Positions 10,233 through 20,742 of a DNA stretch of 64,000 nucleotides are shown here, piece after piece. Positions within the stretch are counted from its first letter, which is position 1. The number at the start of each line of letters is the position of its first letter. The position numbers were made by a program, and so were the translations under genes. This stretch comes from an uncultured Phycisphaerales bacterium (GTDB taxonomy: Bacteria; Planctomycetota; Phycisphaerae; Phycisphaerales; UBA1924). Below the pieces are notes generated by a model. That model ran no database searches. It was not told the DNA's origin and saw only the letters and a list, made by a program, of their open reading frames with translations. The stretch is from contig CAXBMD010000003.1 in assembly GCA_963976955.1 (NCBI GenBank), positions 147,464 through 211,463 on the forward strand. Direction: 5' to 3'.

Positions 10233-11291
10233 TCAAAATACAGTTGTAATCGGTTCTCTGATGATCGGTTTGAGCCCAAGGTGTTGACAGCCTTTGGAAG
10301 TGATCTGACGCCCTCGTTTGGTGCGCGCGAGGAATCCGATCTGCAGCAGGTACGGCTCGACGACATCTTCGAGTGTTCCTGAATCCTCGTTCATGGTTGC
10401 GCTGATCGCTTCGAGACCTGCTGGTCCGCCGTTGAAAACTGAGTAGATCGTGGAGAGGTACGAGCGGTCGAGTTCGTCGAGTCCGAGGCGGTCGATGCCT
10501 TCGAGGTTGAGTGCGTCGTCGACGATCTGGGGGTTGATCTCGCTGTTGTGTCGGACCTGCGCGTAGTCGCGGATGCGCCGGAGCAATCGATTGGCGATGC
10601 GTGGGGTGCCGCGGGAGCGTGATGCGATGGTGCCTAGGGTATCGTGGTCGGGGGTTGACATCTGGAGGAGTCCGGAGGATCTCCGGATGATGTGCATCAG
10701 ATCGTCGTCGCTGTAGTATTTGAGGTGGTGGACCAATCCGAAGCGGGATCTCAAGGGTGATGACAGCAATCCGGCGCGGGTAGTTGCGCCGAGGAGTGTG
10801 AAGGGGGCGCACTTGATCTGGACGGTTCGCGCGTTGAGTCCGGTGTCCAGACACACATCGATTTTGAAATCTTCCATCGCGGGATAGATGAACTCTTCGA
10901 CCGCGATGGGGAGACGGTGGATCTCGTCGATGAACAGGACATCTCCGGGGCCGAGCCGGGTTAGCGCGGCGACCAGATCGGTTCCGCGCGCCAGTGCTGG
11001 ACCGGAGGTGACATGGAGGTTTGTTCCCAGTTCGGTCGCGATGACATGCGCGAGGGTGGTCTTCCCGAGACCGGGCGGGCCGTGGAGGAGGACATGCTCG
11101 AGGTGCTCGCGGGGTTGGGAGTCGTCTTTCGCTTCTTGCCGAGCTTGGACCGCTTGGACCGCGATGAGTATCCGCTCGACAAGCTCCGCTTGACCGATGT
11201 ACTCGTCCAAAGACTGCGGCCGCAACGCCCAGTTGGTCTGTTCTTCAATCTCCGACACGGGAGAGGACGAGATGAGGCGTTCGGTGCTCAT
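10233..11291 (-). CDS. ruvB: Holliday junction branch migration ATPase RuvB
   Basis: Walker A LHGPPGLGKTTLA and Walker B LFIDEIHR are present, followed by a RuvB winged-helix C-terminus. Confidence 0.95.
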   Translation of the reverse strand: MSTERLISSSPVSEIEEQTNWALRPQSLDEYIGQAELVERILIAVQAVQARQEAKDDSQPREHLEHVLLHGPPGLGKTTLAHVIATELGTNLHVTSGPALARGTDLVAALTRLGPGDVLFIDEIHRLPIAVEEFIYPAMEDFKIDVCLDTGLNARTVQIKCAPFTLLGATTRAGLLSSPLRSRFGLVHHLKYYSDDDLMHIIRRSSGLLQMSTPDHDTLGTIASRSRGTPRIANRLLRRIRDYAQVRHNSEINPQIVDDALNLEGIDRLGLDELDRSYLSTIYSVFNGGPAGLEAISATMNEDSGTLEDVVEPYLLQIGFLARTKRGRQITSKGCQHLGLKPIIREPITTVF

Positions 11292-11422
11292 AGGTGCTCA
11301 TTGTATCGGCGTTTGTTCGTGCTCGGGGTGAATCGCTCGGTTGGGTCAGGGAAATCGCGCACAAAAACGGGGATCGGTCGAAGCCGATCCCCGTTGTTGG
11401 GTGTTTCAGATGACCGAACGGA

Positions 11423-13519
11423 TCAGTCGTGGCTGTGGTCGTGGATCGACCCGATCGGTTCGAGGTTGCGTTGGATGGACGCTTCGTCGCTGTAGACTTC
11501 GCCATCGCGTGGGAGGAGTGCTGGAGCGTTGGCAAGGTTGAATGCGACGAGCGCCATGTTGGTCGCGGATTGGATCAGGTATTCTTCGATCGCTTGGTCG
11601 AAGGTGTCGTTCTGGGTGTGCCATGCGTAGGAGTAGTTTGCTCGACCGGTTTCATCCCAGAAGAACCCCGGGACACCTTTGCGGTTGAACGATGCGTGGT
11701 CTGATCCGCCGTGGGTGACGATTTTGCCACCGGTTGGACGGATGTTGACATCCAGATATCCTGCGTGCTCGTCGTTGTCTGGGTCTTCGTCGTGCATTGC
11801 GTTGTCGTAGTCGGTTTGAGAGAAGAAAATGCCGTTGGTGTCGGAGCTTGCTCTTGCGAGGTACTCGACCATGAAGTCCGCTGCTGGGATACCACCTTGG
11901 TAGTTGGTCCCGCCGTCATCGACGAATGCTGCGGAGATTTTGGAGAGTTCTTCTTCGGAGAGCGAGTTGACATACGCCTTGGATCCGAGGAGTCCTTGCT
12001 CTTCACCACCCCAGAGCGCGATGCGGATGGTGCGTTTGGGTTTGACACCCGATTCCATGATGATGCGTGCCGCTTCGGTGACGACCGCTGATCCGGTGCC
12101 GTTGTCCACAGCACCCTTTGAACCGGGGCCATCCCATGAATCGATGTGCGCCGAGATGATGATGACCTCGTCGGGGAACTCGGTTCCCGGGATGTCCGCG
12201 ATGACATTGTAAGTTGGGATCGGTCCAGCGGTGAGCTTGTGGTTGAGGTCAAACTCGACTTCGATGTCGAGACCTTCGTGCAATCGAGCGGTGATGAAGT
12301 CGTAGTCGCTCTGGCGGACATTCACTTCTGCGTCAATCGGGTAGTCGCTGATCTCGCGGTTTGCCCAATCGTTTGCTGATGTTGTCCAGACGCGTTCGTC
12401 CTTTGAACTGGAGATGAATCCTGCTGGGTTCTCAGCGAGGACCGCAGTCAACGCGTCGATCTCGTCTTGAGCGGCGAGTTCTTCGTCGGAGATTGCTTTG
12501 GAATCGGCGCGTTTGAACTCGACTGGGTATTCGCTGCCTGAGGAAGTTGAAACGGATTTGCCCGCGGCGTTGTCGCCGTTGATGGTGACGGAGATGTCTG
12601 AGGTTCCCATCGAGTGGGTCCATTGGAAGTTGATTGTGTCGCCATCGCGCGACGCGTCTGCGATTGGTCCTTCTGCGAATCCATCGATGGACATCGAGCC
12701 GGTGATCCCGGCGTCTGTCTCGTCGATGATCATGGTTGCTGGGATCTTTGAGCCGTTGTAGTCGAAGGTGCCCTTCCATTCGACACCTGCAACGGTGTCA
12801 ATTGATTCGGATTCGGCTTGATCATTCTTGTAAGTGCCTTCGCGGATTTCATGGCGTTGTGTCATACGGTCGCGCATCATGTATCCGGTTGAGCGGATGC
12901 CGCCTTTGCCGCCGTAGTTTGGATCGAGCATGACCCACGCGCCTTCGTACATACCTCGGTTGGCTTCGTACTCGGACATGGTGGTGGGGAGGAAGGCGAC
13001 ATGTCCGCTGACGGCACCGTCGGTGCCGGTTGACCACGAGAGCGTTGAGAACTCGATCGTGTGCATGTCCGTGTTTTCTTTGTCAGGATCGTCGGAGATG
13101 CGGACGACCTTGCCGGTCGATGGACCGCGATCAAAGCGGGTTGCGATGGTGTCGTACTCTGAAAGACGGGCGTCTTTGAGTCCCCAGCTTGCGAGCTCGT
13201 CGCGTGCCCAGCGTTGTGCGTTTTCGAGGTTGGTTGAGCCGGTCAGGCGTGGGCCGTACTCCTCGGTGTAGACGCGGAGGATATCCATGACTTGCGAGTT
13301 GTTGCGTCCTTGGTCGATGATCTTCTTGACGCTGCGTGCGTTGGCCATATCGATGTCTGGAACATCAATATGCTCTCCAGCAACCACGGCGTACTGCGAC
13401 GAGTGCGTGTTGAGCGGGCTGGTGATGTTGGATGTTTCACAGCCGCCAAGAGCGATGGCAAGACCTGAGAGCGCGGTCAGTGTGGCGTGTGATCTAGAAC
13501 GGTTTGGATTGAAACGCAT
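11423..13519 (-). CDS. M28-family metallopeptidase lipoprotein
   Basis: A lipobox LAIALGGC follows the MRFNPNRS start (SD AGGAGAAG). The C-terminal region has an M28-like zinc-ligand context (SAHIDSWDGPGSKGAVDNGTGSA...WGGEEQGLLGS). Confidence 0.8.
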   Translation of the reverse strand: MRFNPNRSRSHATLTALSGLAIALGGCETSNITSPLNTHSSQYAVVAGEHIDVPDIDMANARSVKKIIDQGRNNSQVMDILRVYTEEYGPRLTGSTNLENAQRWARDELASWGLKDARLSEYDTIATRFDRGPSTGKVVRISDDPDKENTDMHTIEFSTLSWSTGTDGAVSGHVAFLPTTMSEYEANRGMYEGAWVMLDPNYGGKGGIRSTGYMMRDRMTQRHEIREGTYKNDQAESESIDTVAGVEWKGTFDYNGSKIPATMIIDETDAGITGSMSIDGFAEGPIADASRDGDTINFQWTHSMGTSDISVTINGDNAAGKSVSTSSGSEYPVEFKRADSKAISDEELAAQDEIDALTAVLAENPAGFISSSKDERVWTTSANDWANREISDYPIDAEVNVRQSDYDFITARLHEGLDIEVEFDLNHKLTAGPIPTYNVIADIPGTEFPDEVIIISAHIDSWDGPGSKGAVDNGTGSAVVTEAARIIMESGVKPKRTIRIALWGGEEQGLLGSKAYVNSLSEEELSKISAAFVDDGGTNYQGGIPAADFMVEYLARASSDTNGIFFSQTDYDNAMHDEDPDNDEHAGYLDVNIRPTGGKIVTHGGSDHASFNRKGVPGFFWDETGRANYSYAWHTQNDTFDQAIEEYLIQSATNMALVAFNLANAPALLPRDGEVYSDEASIQRNLEPIGSIHDHSHD

Positions 13520-13661
13520 CAAAACTTCTCCTGAAGTTGCTATGTATTGAGAGCCACCTCGTCGCAGCAGGCGTGGACGGGGACGATTCAGTATCATACC
13601 GGCTCGATTGAAGCTGGATGCGTTGAGCGTGTTCTTCTATCTAGGGTGTTCCACGGAGGGA

Positions 13662-15146
13662 TTAGATCGGCAATCCCTTGCGTTTCCACAGCGCAAGCAG
13701 TCGTTCGAGTTCGATCGGTTCCCAGAGTCTGCCGTTGGTCAAGCGGACGCGCATGAGATCGCCGTGCGCGTCGAAGAGTGCGGTTGTGGGTGGTGTGTCG
13801 GGTGAAGTCTTGGTGGTGACGCTCCACATGCCTGGGGATTGTGCTGGTTGTTCGGAGATGTCCCAGCGGAGTGTGACGGAGTTGGTGACGGGGTTGTATG
13901 CGTATGCCGCGAAATCGCCTTGGAGTTTCTGCTGGGTGATGAGTGCGCCGAGCAAGTAGGATTGGACCTGTGTGATGTAGCCTTCTTCCGGGATGAAGGG
14001 GCTGATTGTGGTGGGGGCGCTGTTGCCGTCAACGGTTGTGATGTTGAGTTTGCCACCGATGCGGGCGCCGGTGATGGCTGAGTCTTGTGAAGTGGGCTTG
14101 CCGTCGCTCCCGAGGTTGTTGGTGTCTTTAACGGTCATGCGGATGGTCCATGTTTCTTCGTTGCCGTCGAGTGACATGTAGAAGAGGGCGCGGGAGTCGA
14201 TGCGGAGACCGGAATCGAGTGCCATGGAATCGATCTGGAGCAGATACCCGAGTTTGCGATCTTCTGAGCTCCATTTGGATTTTTCTTTGTTGCCCAGTTC
14301 GCCTTTGTATCCTGACCATGAGCGGAGCCGGCGGTATCCGTGCTCTTTGGCGTCCATCTCATCGCCCGACTTTGCAGGCGAGTACAGGCGTTCCCATCGT
14401 TCGCCTTTTTTACCGGTGAGGACCGAATCAAGGTCGTCGATGGTGAGCTGGTTGAGCAGGGCGCTGGTCGCTTTGAATCCCGCGGCTCGTTTGAGCGACT
14501 GCGAGGACATTTCCTTGAGATTCATGGTTCCGACTGAGGTTTCGTATAGAACACGCGCGGTATCGAAGGTTTCGTCTGTGCCTTCGTGCGTGAAATCGTA
14601 GATGAGGAAGGTGCGGGGTTTATGGCTGAAAATGGTGACGCCGCGATAGAGTGGTTTGTCGGTGCCGTTGGGGTTTGGGGTGCGTACATAGACGCGGTGA
14701 CCGGTCCAAATCCCGACGCGGAGAGAAGGTTGCTCGGCGATAATTACGGATCCCCGAGCTTTCAAGAGCTGGTCGCGGATGCTGTCTGCGGCTTCCTTAG
14801 CGGTGAGTTCCTCGTTGCTGGTCCGCTGTTCTTTGACGATGATGGTGCCGAGATTTGCTGGAAGTGAGATTCCGGTGCTGGTGGCGTTGCCAATCCGGAC
14901 GGTTTCAGCGGTTGCCCCTTCTGGGAGATTGAGGGTCAATCCGATGGATTCGATGGTGATCGGGTCGGGCTGGAGAGGGGTGACATTCGGTTCTGATCCG
15001 ATCGGGGTAAACTGGGGATTGGATTGGGCATGAGCCAGGGGGCTCAATGCCCCCAGAATGACGAGGATTGGGAGCAGTCTGGAGATGGATGAGGTGAAGG
15101 GCATTGGTTTGGTTTGGATCGTGTGGTGGTGGGGCATATCGTTCAT
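13662..15146 (-). CDS. Secreted hypothetical protein
   Basis: The 494-aa ORF carries an N-terminal signal-peptide-like segment (LLPILVILGALSPLAHAQ). I see no recognisable motifs. Confidence 0.6.
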   Translation of the reverse strand: MNDMPHHHTIQTKPMPFTSSISRLLPILVILGALSPLAHAQSNPQFTPIGSEPNVTPLQPDPITIESIGLTLNLPEGATAETVRIGNATSTGISLPANLGTIIVKEQRTSNEELTAKEAADSIRDQLLKARGSVIIAEQPSLRVGIWTGHRVYVRTPNPNGTDKPLYRGVTIFSHKPRTFLIYDFTHEGTDETFDTARVLYETSVGTMNLKEMSSQSLKRAAGFKATSALLNQLTIDDLDSVLTGKKGERWERLYSPAKSGDEMDAKEHGYRRLRSWSGYKGELGNKEKSKWSSEDRKLGYLLQIDSMALDSGLRIDSRALFYMSLDGNEETWTIRMTVKDTNNLGSDGKPTSQDSAITGARIGGKLNITTVDGNSAPTTISPFIPEEGYITQVQSYLLGALITQQKLQGDFAAYAYNPVTNSVTLRWDISEQPAQSPGMWSVTTKTSPDTPPTTALFDAHGDLMRVRLTNGRLWEPIELERLLALWKRKGLPI

Positions 15147-15267
15147 CTCTTGAGTCGTGGGGCTGGTCGGTCGGGGTGGCCGGGTTGGACGGTCGGATGG
15201 GTTGGTCCAATAGAGTTGATCGGCTGGATGGATGTGTAGTATTCATACGCAGCTCAGGGCATCCGGG

Positions 15268-15295
15268 TTGACCGGGCGGGGGTGGTGGCTATGCT
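15268..15295 (+). promoter_or_regulatory. Candidate sigma70-type promoter for the S10 operon
   Basis: TTGACC, a 16-nt spacer and TATGCT lie about 155 nt upstream of the rpsJ ATG. This is pattern matching only. Confidence 0.2.
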
Positions 15296-15451
15296 TCTCG
15301 TCCCGCTCGGCGTAGTCGACGGGCAGACGAGGCTGGAAGTCAGCCCCGATCTGAAACAAATGAAGAAACGGGCGGCTGATTCTGTGGATCAGTTACCAAG
15401 CAATGATCTGAGCCGATGCGGGCTCATCTCAACGACAGAGGTTTGAACACT

Positions 15452-15760
15452 ATGAGTGCTGGACGAATCAGAATCCGTATGGAAGCTTATGACCACATCG
15501 CCCTTGACGCATCCGCACGCGAGATCGTTGATCACGCGAAGCGCACCAACGCGAAGGTCAAGGGACCAGTGCCCCTGCCAACACGCATCGAGCGATACAC
15601 CGTTCTGCGTGGCCCGTTTGTTGATAAAAAATCACGCGAGCAGTTCGAGATCCGCACGCACAAGCGCATCATCGATATCCACGAGCCAAACGCCCGCACA
15701 GTCGAAGCGCTCAACCGCCTCGTCGTTCCCGCTGGTGTATTCGTGAAGATCAAAGCATAA
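15452..15760 (+). CDS. rpsJ: 30S ribosomal protein S10
   Basis: [15 protein letters not shown]...GPVPLPT...RTHKRIIDI is present. The start is taken at M13 of the ORF-track ORF. Confidence 0.95.
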   Translation: MSAGRIRIRMEAYDHIALDASAREIVDHAKRTNAKVKGPVPLPTRIERYTVLRGPFVDKKSREQFEIRTHKRIIDIHEPNARTVEALNRLVVPAGVFVKIKA

Positions 15761-15876
15761 ATGATTCAGGCCTGCATTGAGCGGGCCTGTGTTTGTTTTA
15801 GACTGTATTTGTAGTATCAAACAAGACTTCCCCTGTCTGAGAACCAGACACGAAGCGGTTTCCGCCCGATGCGGAG

Positions 15877-16581
15877 ATGAAGGAATTAGAAATGACCCAC
15901 CCAAGCAAGAGCCCACACCTGATTGGCCAAAAACTCGGTATGACCCGCGTCTACAACGAAGAGGGCATCTCGCTGCCTGTGACGATCATCAAGATCGACA
16001 CGCACACGGTCACGCAGGTCCGCACTCCAGAAGTTGATGGCTACAGCGCGATCCAACTCGGTACCGGTGATATCCAAGCACGCAACTCGACCATGCCTTT
16101 GATCGGTCACGATGCGAAAGCCGGCGTCGCCCCTCAGCGTATCCACAGCGAGACCCGTCTCGAGGATGGCAAAGAGGGCGAGTTTGAACTCGGTCAGCAG
16201 TTGGACATCTCTGTCTTCAATGACATCAAGTTTGTTGATGTCATCGGGAGCAGCAAAGGTAAGGGTTTCCAGGGCGGCATGAAGCGGTGGGGCTTCAAGG
16301 GTCAGCTGGCTACGCACGGTGTTGAACGCAAGCACCGTTCACCGGGTTCGATCGGTGGACACGCGAACAACGCTGGTAAAGCGGGTCGAATCAAAAAAGG
16401 CAAGAAAATGTCAGGGCAGCACGGCAACAAGCAGATCACGGTCCGTTCGTTGGATGTGATCCGAATTGACGCTGAAAACGGCCTTCTGCTCGTCAAGGGA
16501 CCGGTTCCCGGTGCGAACAAGGGTTGGGTCGAAGTGCGTCCTGCAATCAGATTGTACAAATCAAAGGCCTCGAAGGCTTGA
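15877..16581 (+). CDS. rplC: 50S ribosomal protein L3
   Basis: LIGQKLGMTRVYNEEG and FQGGMKRWGF are present. The likely true start is the ATG at 15892, which has better SD spacing. Confidence 0.95.
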   Translation: MKELEMTHPSKSPHLIGQKLGMTRVYNEEGISLPVTIIKIDTHTVTQVRTPEVDGYSAIQLGTGDIQARNSTMPLIGHDAKAGVAPQRIHSETRLEDGKEGEFELGQQLDISVFNDIKFVDVIGSSKGKGFQGGMKRWGFKGQLATHGVERKHRSPGSIGGHANNAGKAGRIKKGKKMSGQHGNKQITVRSLDVIRIDAENGLLLVKGPVPGANKGWVEVRPAIRLYKSKASKA

Positions 16582-16863
16582 TATTGAGTCCGAGGGGGTC
16601 AATGATCCTCTCCCCATCAAGAATCTTCGGATTCTCGGGAATGGTTCGGTAAGTCGTCCGTTGGACGAAACTATCGAAGAAAAGTAAGTCATTGAACCCG
16701 ATCGCAAGATCGGATGCAATGCCGAGTCGAGTTAGCGATCCTGAACTTTCGGCACTTTCGAGTGTCGGATGGCGAAAGCAATCTTCAGCATCCTGGCAAG
16801 GCAAGTGAGCTCTCCGATCGGAATCGAAGAGTTGAACGAAGGCGTGCGGCGAGGTAAAGACCG

Positions 16864-17538
16864 ATGGATGTCCCCGTCTATACAATGAGTGGCGAGTCAG
16901 CTGGCAATATGTCAGTAGACGAAATCGCACTCGGCGAAACAGTTAATGTTGACCTGATCAAGCAAGCGTTTGTGATGTACCACGCCAACCGGCGTCAAGG
17001 TTCCGCACGCTCAAAAACCCGCTCGATGGGTGCTTTGACAGGCAAGAAACTCTACAAGCAAAAGGGCACCGGCAATGCTCGTCACGGCGATAAGAAGGCT
17101 CCGATCTTCCGCGGTGGTGGACACGCCAAGGCCAAGCGTCGTACTCGCGAGGACTTTCACAAGTCCATGCCGATCAAGATGCGTCGCAAAGCAAACCGCA
17201 ACGCGCTGCTTGCCAAACTGATCGATCAAGAAGTGAAGGTCATCGATGGCCTGAAGTTTGAAACCCCTCGCACCAAGGACTTCACACAGTTCCTCGCTGC
17301 GATCGGTATCGATAAGTCCGCTTTGCTCGCCCTCTCGGCTGATGCAGAGAAGAGCAAGAACGCTCGCTTGAGTGCTCGCAATATCGATGGCGTCGTGATG
17401 TGCAAGGCTGATCAGCTGAACACCTACGAAATGCTGAACAATCGTTATTTGGTCATCGATAAAGCTGATCTTGAAGCATGGCTCAACGGGCCAAGCTCGC
17501 AGACCAGCAAGATCGTTAAGAATGAAGAGGTGGCGTAA
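16864..17538 (+). CDS. rplD: 50S ribosomal protein L4
   Basis: KQKGTGNARHG...FRGGG is present, and the position is that of L4 in an S10 operon. Confidence 0.95.
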   Translation: MDVPVYTMSGESAGNMSVDEIALGETVNVDLIKQAFVMYHANRRQGSARSKTRSMGALTGKKLYKQKGTGNARHGDKKAPIFRGGGHAKAKRRTREDFHKSMPIKMRRKANRNALLAKLIDQEVKVIDGLKFETPRTKDFTQFLAAIGIDKSALLALSADAEKSKNARLSARNIDGVVMCKADQLNTYEMLNNRYLVIDKADLEAWLNGPSSQTSKIVKNEEVA

Positions 17539-17819
17539 TGCTAGAAGCTCACTACATCCTTCGTAAGCCATTGTTGACCGAGAAGACTACGCAGAGCATG
17601 GAAGAAGCCAATGTCTATGCGTTCGAGGTTGACCGTCGTGCAACCAAAAACGATATCAAGGCGGCTGTTGAATCCGCGTATGGTGTCAAGGTTGTGAAGA
17701 TCAACACTCAGGTCCGCAAGGGCGGGGCTCGTCGCTTCAAGTACGGCAGCGTTGCTGAGTCGTCTTGGAAGCGTGCTATGGTCCGTATTGCTGAAGGAGA
17801 CGCTATCGAACTCTTCTGA
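17538..17819 (+). CDS. rplW: 50S ribosomal protein L23
   Basis: ILRKPLLTEKT...FEVDRRATKNDIK is present. The start overlaps the rplD stop (TAATG). Confidence 0.95.
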   Translation: MLEAHYILRKPLLTEKTTQSMEEANVYAFEVDRRATKNDIKAAVESAYGVKVVKINTQVRKGGARRFKYGSVAESSWKRAMVRIAEGDAIELF

Positions 17820-17846
17820 GTTCAGGCGTGAAAGGAACCCCGCATT

Positions 17847-18704
17847 ATGGCTATTCGAGTATATAAACCAACCAGTGCCGGTCGTCGCAACGCTTCAGTG
17901 AATACGAACGATGCGATCACCAAGAAGAAGCCTGAGAAGGCGCTTCTGAAGCCACTGAATAAAAAAGGTGGTCGTAACCACCAGGGCAAGATTACCGTTC
18001 GTGGTCGTGGTGGGGGTGCCAAGCGCATGTACCGCCAGATCGACTTCGCTCGCCGTGACCGTGATGGGATTGTTGGCACTGTTGTTGGGATCGAGTACGA
18101 TCCGAACCGCACCTGCCACATCGCTCTGATCGAGTACGCGGATGGCGTCAAGCGTTACATTCTTGCTCCAAACGGTCTCACTGATGGGAACACCGTTGAG
18201 AGTGCTACAGGCGAAGCAATCGAACCGACTGTTGGTTCTTGCATGCAGCTCAAGCACATTCCATCGGGCATGAATGTGCACTGCATCGAGCTTCGTCCTG
18301 ACGGCGGTGGCAAGCTCTGCCGCAGTGCGGGCATGTACGCTCGTTTGACCAATAAGGATGACAAGTACGCGACCTTGGTGATGCCATCAGGCGAAACCCG
18401 TCGTGTACCGGTCGAATGCCGTGCAACCATCGGTACTGTTGGCAACTCCGATCATCAACAGCGTCGTCTCGGTAAGGCGGGTCTTTCCCGTCACCTGGGT
18501 CGTCGTCCCAAGACTCGCGGTGTGGCGATGAGCCACCATGCTCACCCCCTCGGTGGTGGTGACGGTCGCAGTAAGGGTGGTCGTGCTCCGGTCAGTAAGT
18601 CAGGCACCTTGTCAAAGGGTGGCGGCACACGCAACCGGAAGAAACCATCACAGGATCTCATCATCCGTCGTCGCAAGAGCAAACGATACGGGCAGCTGAA
18701 GTAA
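17847..18704 (+). CDS. rplB: 50S ribosomal protein L2
   Basis: GGRNHQGKITVRGRGGG and SHHAHPLGGGDGRS motifs are present. Confidence 0.97.
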   Translation: MAIRVYKPTSAGRRNASVNTNDAITKKKPEKALLKPLNKKGGRNHQGKITVRGRGGGAKRMYRQIDFARRDRDGIVGTVVGIEYDPNRTCHIALIEYADGVKRYILAPNGLTDGNTVESATGEAIEPTVGSCMQLKHIPSGMNVHCIELRPDGGGKLCRSAGMYARLTNKDDKYATLVMPSGETRRVPVECRATIGTVGNSDHQQRRLGKAGLSRHLGRRPKTRGVAMSHHAHPLGGGDGRSKGGRAPVSKSGTLSKGGGTRNRKKPSQDLIIRRRKSKRYGQLK

Positions 18705-18722
18705 GCCCGAAAGGATCTGTAT

Positions 18723-19004
18723 ATGTCTAGAAGTCTGAAAAAAGGCCCATATGTCGACGAGAAGCTCTTCCTCAAGGTAGAGAAGATGGCGGCATCGGGT
18801 GCGAAGAAGCCAATCAAAACATGGGCCCGTGCGTGCACGGTTGTTCCCGAGTTCATCGGGCACACATTCCAGATTCATAACGGTCGCGCATTTCCAGAGG
18901 TGTTCATCACCGAAGACATGGTCGGCCACAAGCTCGGCGAGTTCGCCAACACCCGTACCTTCCGTGGACACACGAACAAGAAGGAAGGCCTCAAGTCACG
19001 CTAA
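18723..19004 (+). CDS. rpsS: 30S ribosomal protein S19
   Basis: [11 protein letters not shown]...HNGR...GHKLGEF is present. Confidence 0.97.
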   Translation: MSRSLKKGPYVDEKLFLKVEKMAASGAKKPIKTWARACTVVPEFIGHTFQIHNGRAFPEVFITEDMVGHKLGEFANTRTFRGHTNKKEGLKSR

Positions 19005-19027
19005 CGCGGTGAACCAGGGATACAGCT

Positions 19028-19573
19028 ATGAAACTCAGATCAAATGAACTAACAAACCGAGCAGCCAAAGTAGGCGTGAGTGTTGAACAACTCGCCGCCG
19101 CGGTCGCTCGTGATGGCCGCAGCGAGAAAGCAGCCAACTCAGCCGTCCGTAACTGGATGTCTGGTCGCGATCATCCTCGCTGCCGTCGTACAGATATTGA
19201 AGCACTCGCAACAGCCGTTGGTTGTTTGCCAAAGGATATCTCGAAGTTCACCTCCGAGGTCCGCAACCACCGTGGTAGCCAGAAGAAGGCGAAGCTCGTG
19301 GTTGACATGATCCGCGGCAAGAACCTCGAAGAAGCGACCCAGATGCTTGCGTTCTCAACCAAGCGTGCTTCAGTCAACATCGGGAAGGCACTGATTGCCG
19401 CAACATCTGACGCTGAACAACTCGGCGCAGATATGAGCGAGCTGTATGTCAGTGAAGCGACCGTCGACCGTTCGACCCACATCAAACGGTTCCGTCCAAA
19501 GGACCGCGGCCGGGCACACCCGATTCTCAAACGAACAAGCCACATCAGCGTATCAGTTCAGGAGCGTAGCTAA
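19028..19573 (+). CDS. rplV: 50S ribosomal protein L22 with an approx 70-aa N-terminal extension
   Basis: The C-terminal 110 aa is L22-like (RGSQKKAKLVVDMIRGK...RFRPKDRGRAHPILKRTSHI). The N-terminal 70 aa is extra and resembles an XRE-type HTH. Confidence 0.9.
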   Translation: MKLRSNELTNRAAKVGVSVEQLAAAVARDGRSEKAANSAVRNWMSGRDHPRCRRTDIEALATAVGCLPKDISKFTSEVRNHRGSQKKAKLVVDMIRGKNLEEATQMLAFSTKRASVNIGKALIAATSDAEQLGADMSELYVSEATVDRSTHIKRFRPKDRGRAHPILKRTSHISVSVQERS

Positions 19574-20274
19574 TGGGTCAAAAAAGCCATCCATTCGGAT
19601 TTAGACTCGGGATCACCGAAGCACACCGCTCACGCTGGTACGCTCCGAAAGCTCTCTACGGCGAACTGCTCGTCGAAGATGAGAAGATCCGTCAGTACCT
19701 CGACAAGCGTCTGAACAAGACCCCGCCAAGCGCGTCGGTCTCGGACATCCACATCGAGCGTACTCGTGAAGAGCTTAAGATCATTGTTCGGACCGCTCGT
19801 CCCGGTATCGTCATCGGACCAAAGGGGTCTGAGATTGATCGCATGACCGAAGAGCTTCGGTACATGACCGGCCGCAAGGTTGCGATCACCGTTGTTGAAA
19901 TCCGTGAGCCAGACCTTGACGCACAGCTTGTCGGTGACGGCATTGCCGAGCAGCTCAAGAAGCGGATGGGTTTCCGTCGCGTCTTGAAGATGCGTGCTGA
20001 AGCGGTGATGGCCGCTGGTGCTCAGGGCGTCAAGATCCAGGTTGCTGGTCGTCTTGGCGGTGCTGAAATGAGTCGTCGTTTGGATGTTCGTTTGGGCTCA
20101 CTGCCACTTTCGACACTCCAGGCAAACATCAACTATGGGTTCTCTGAGAGCCACACAACTTATGGTGTCCTCGGCGTGAAGGTCTGGATCTACAAAGGTC
20201 TGTACACGAATGCTGAAGAAGAGAATCAATCAAACGCTGCCGGTGCTCGCGCCCGTGCTCGTGGTCGTCGCTAA
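19573..20274 (+). CDS. rpsC: 30S ribosomal protein S3
   Basis: MGQKSHPFGFRLG and a KH-domain GPKGSEI motif are present. Confidence 0.97.
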   Translation: MGQKSHPFGFRLGITEAHRSRWYAPKALYGELLVEDEKIRQYLDKRLNKTPPSASVSDIHIERTREELKIIVRTARPGIVIGPKGSEIDRMTEELRYMTGRKVAITVVEIREPDLDAQLVGDGIAEQLKKRMGFRRVLKMRAEAVMAAGAQGVKIQVAGRLGGAEMSRRLDVRLGSLPLSTLQANINYGFSESHTTYGVLGVKVWIYKGLYTNAEEENQSNAAGARARARGRR

Positions 20275-20305
20275 GAAGCGGTCTATTTGAAAGAAGGATT
20301 AGGAT

Positions 20306-20731
20306 ATGCCTCCTTATAAGATTCCAAAGCGTGTCAAGCACCGCAAAGAGTTCCGTCGCGGTCGCGATCGCAAAGCGACCAAGGGCAACTATGTTGCTTT
20401 CGGTGAGTTCGGTCTTCAGGCACTCGAGGGCTGCTGGCTCAAGAGCAACTGTATTGAAGCCGGCCGCGTGACTTGTCAGCACTTCCTGAAGCGCGAAGGC
20501 AAGCTGTTCATTCGTGTGTTCCCCGACAAGCCGATTTCCAAGAAGCCACTTGAAACCCGCATGGGTAAGGGTAAAGCGGAAGTCGATTACTGGGCAGCAC
20601 GCGTAAAGCCAGGCACGATTCTGTATGAGTTGGCTGGTGTGAGCGAGATCCGTGCACGCGGTGCGTTCTTCCGTGTTGCGATGAAGATGCCGGTGAAATG
20701 CCGGATGGTCCACCGTCGGATCGAGGCATAA
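20306..20731 (+). CDS. rplP: 50S ribosomal protein L16
   Basis: KHRKEFRGR...RMGKGKG..YW is present. Confidence 0.97.
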   Translation: MPPYKIPKRVKHRKEFRRGRDRKATKGNYVAFGEFGLQALEGCWLKSNCIEAGRVTCQHFLKREGKLFIRVFPDKPISKKPLETRMGKGKAEVDYWAARVKPGTILYELAGVSEIRARGAFFRVAMKMPVKCRMVHRRIEA

Positions 20732-20742
20732 GGGGTTTACTG

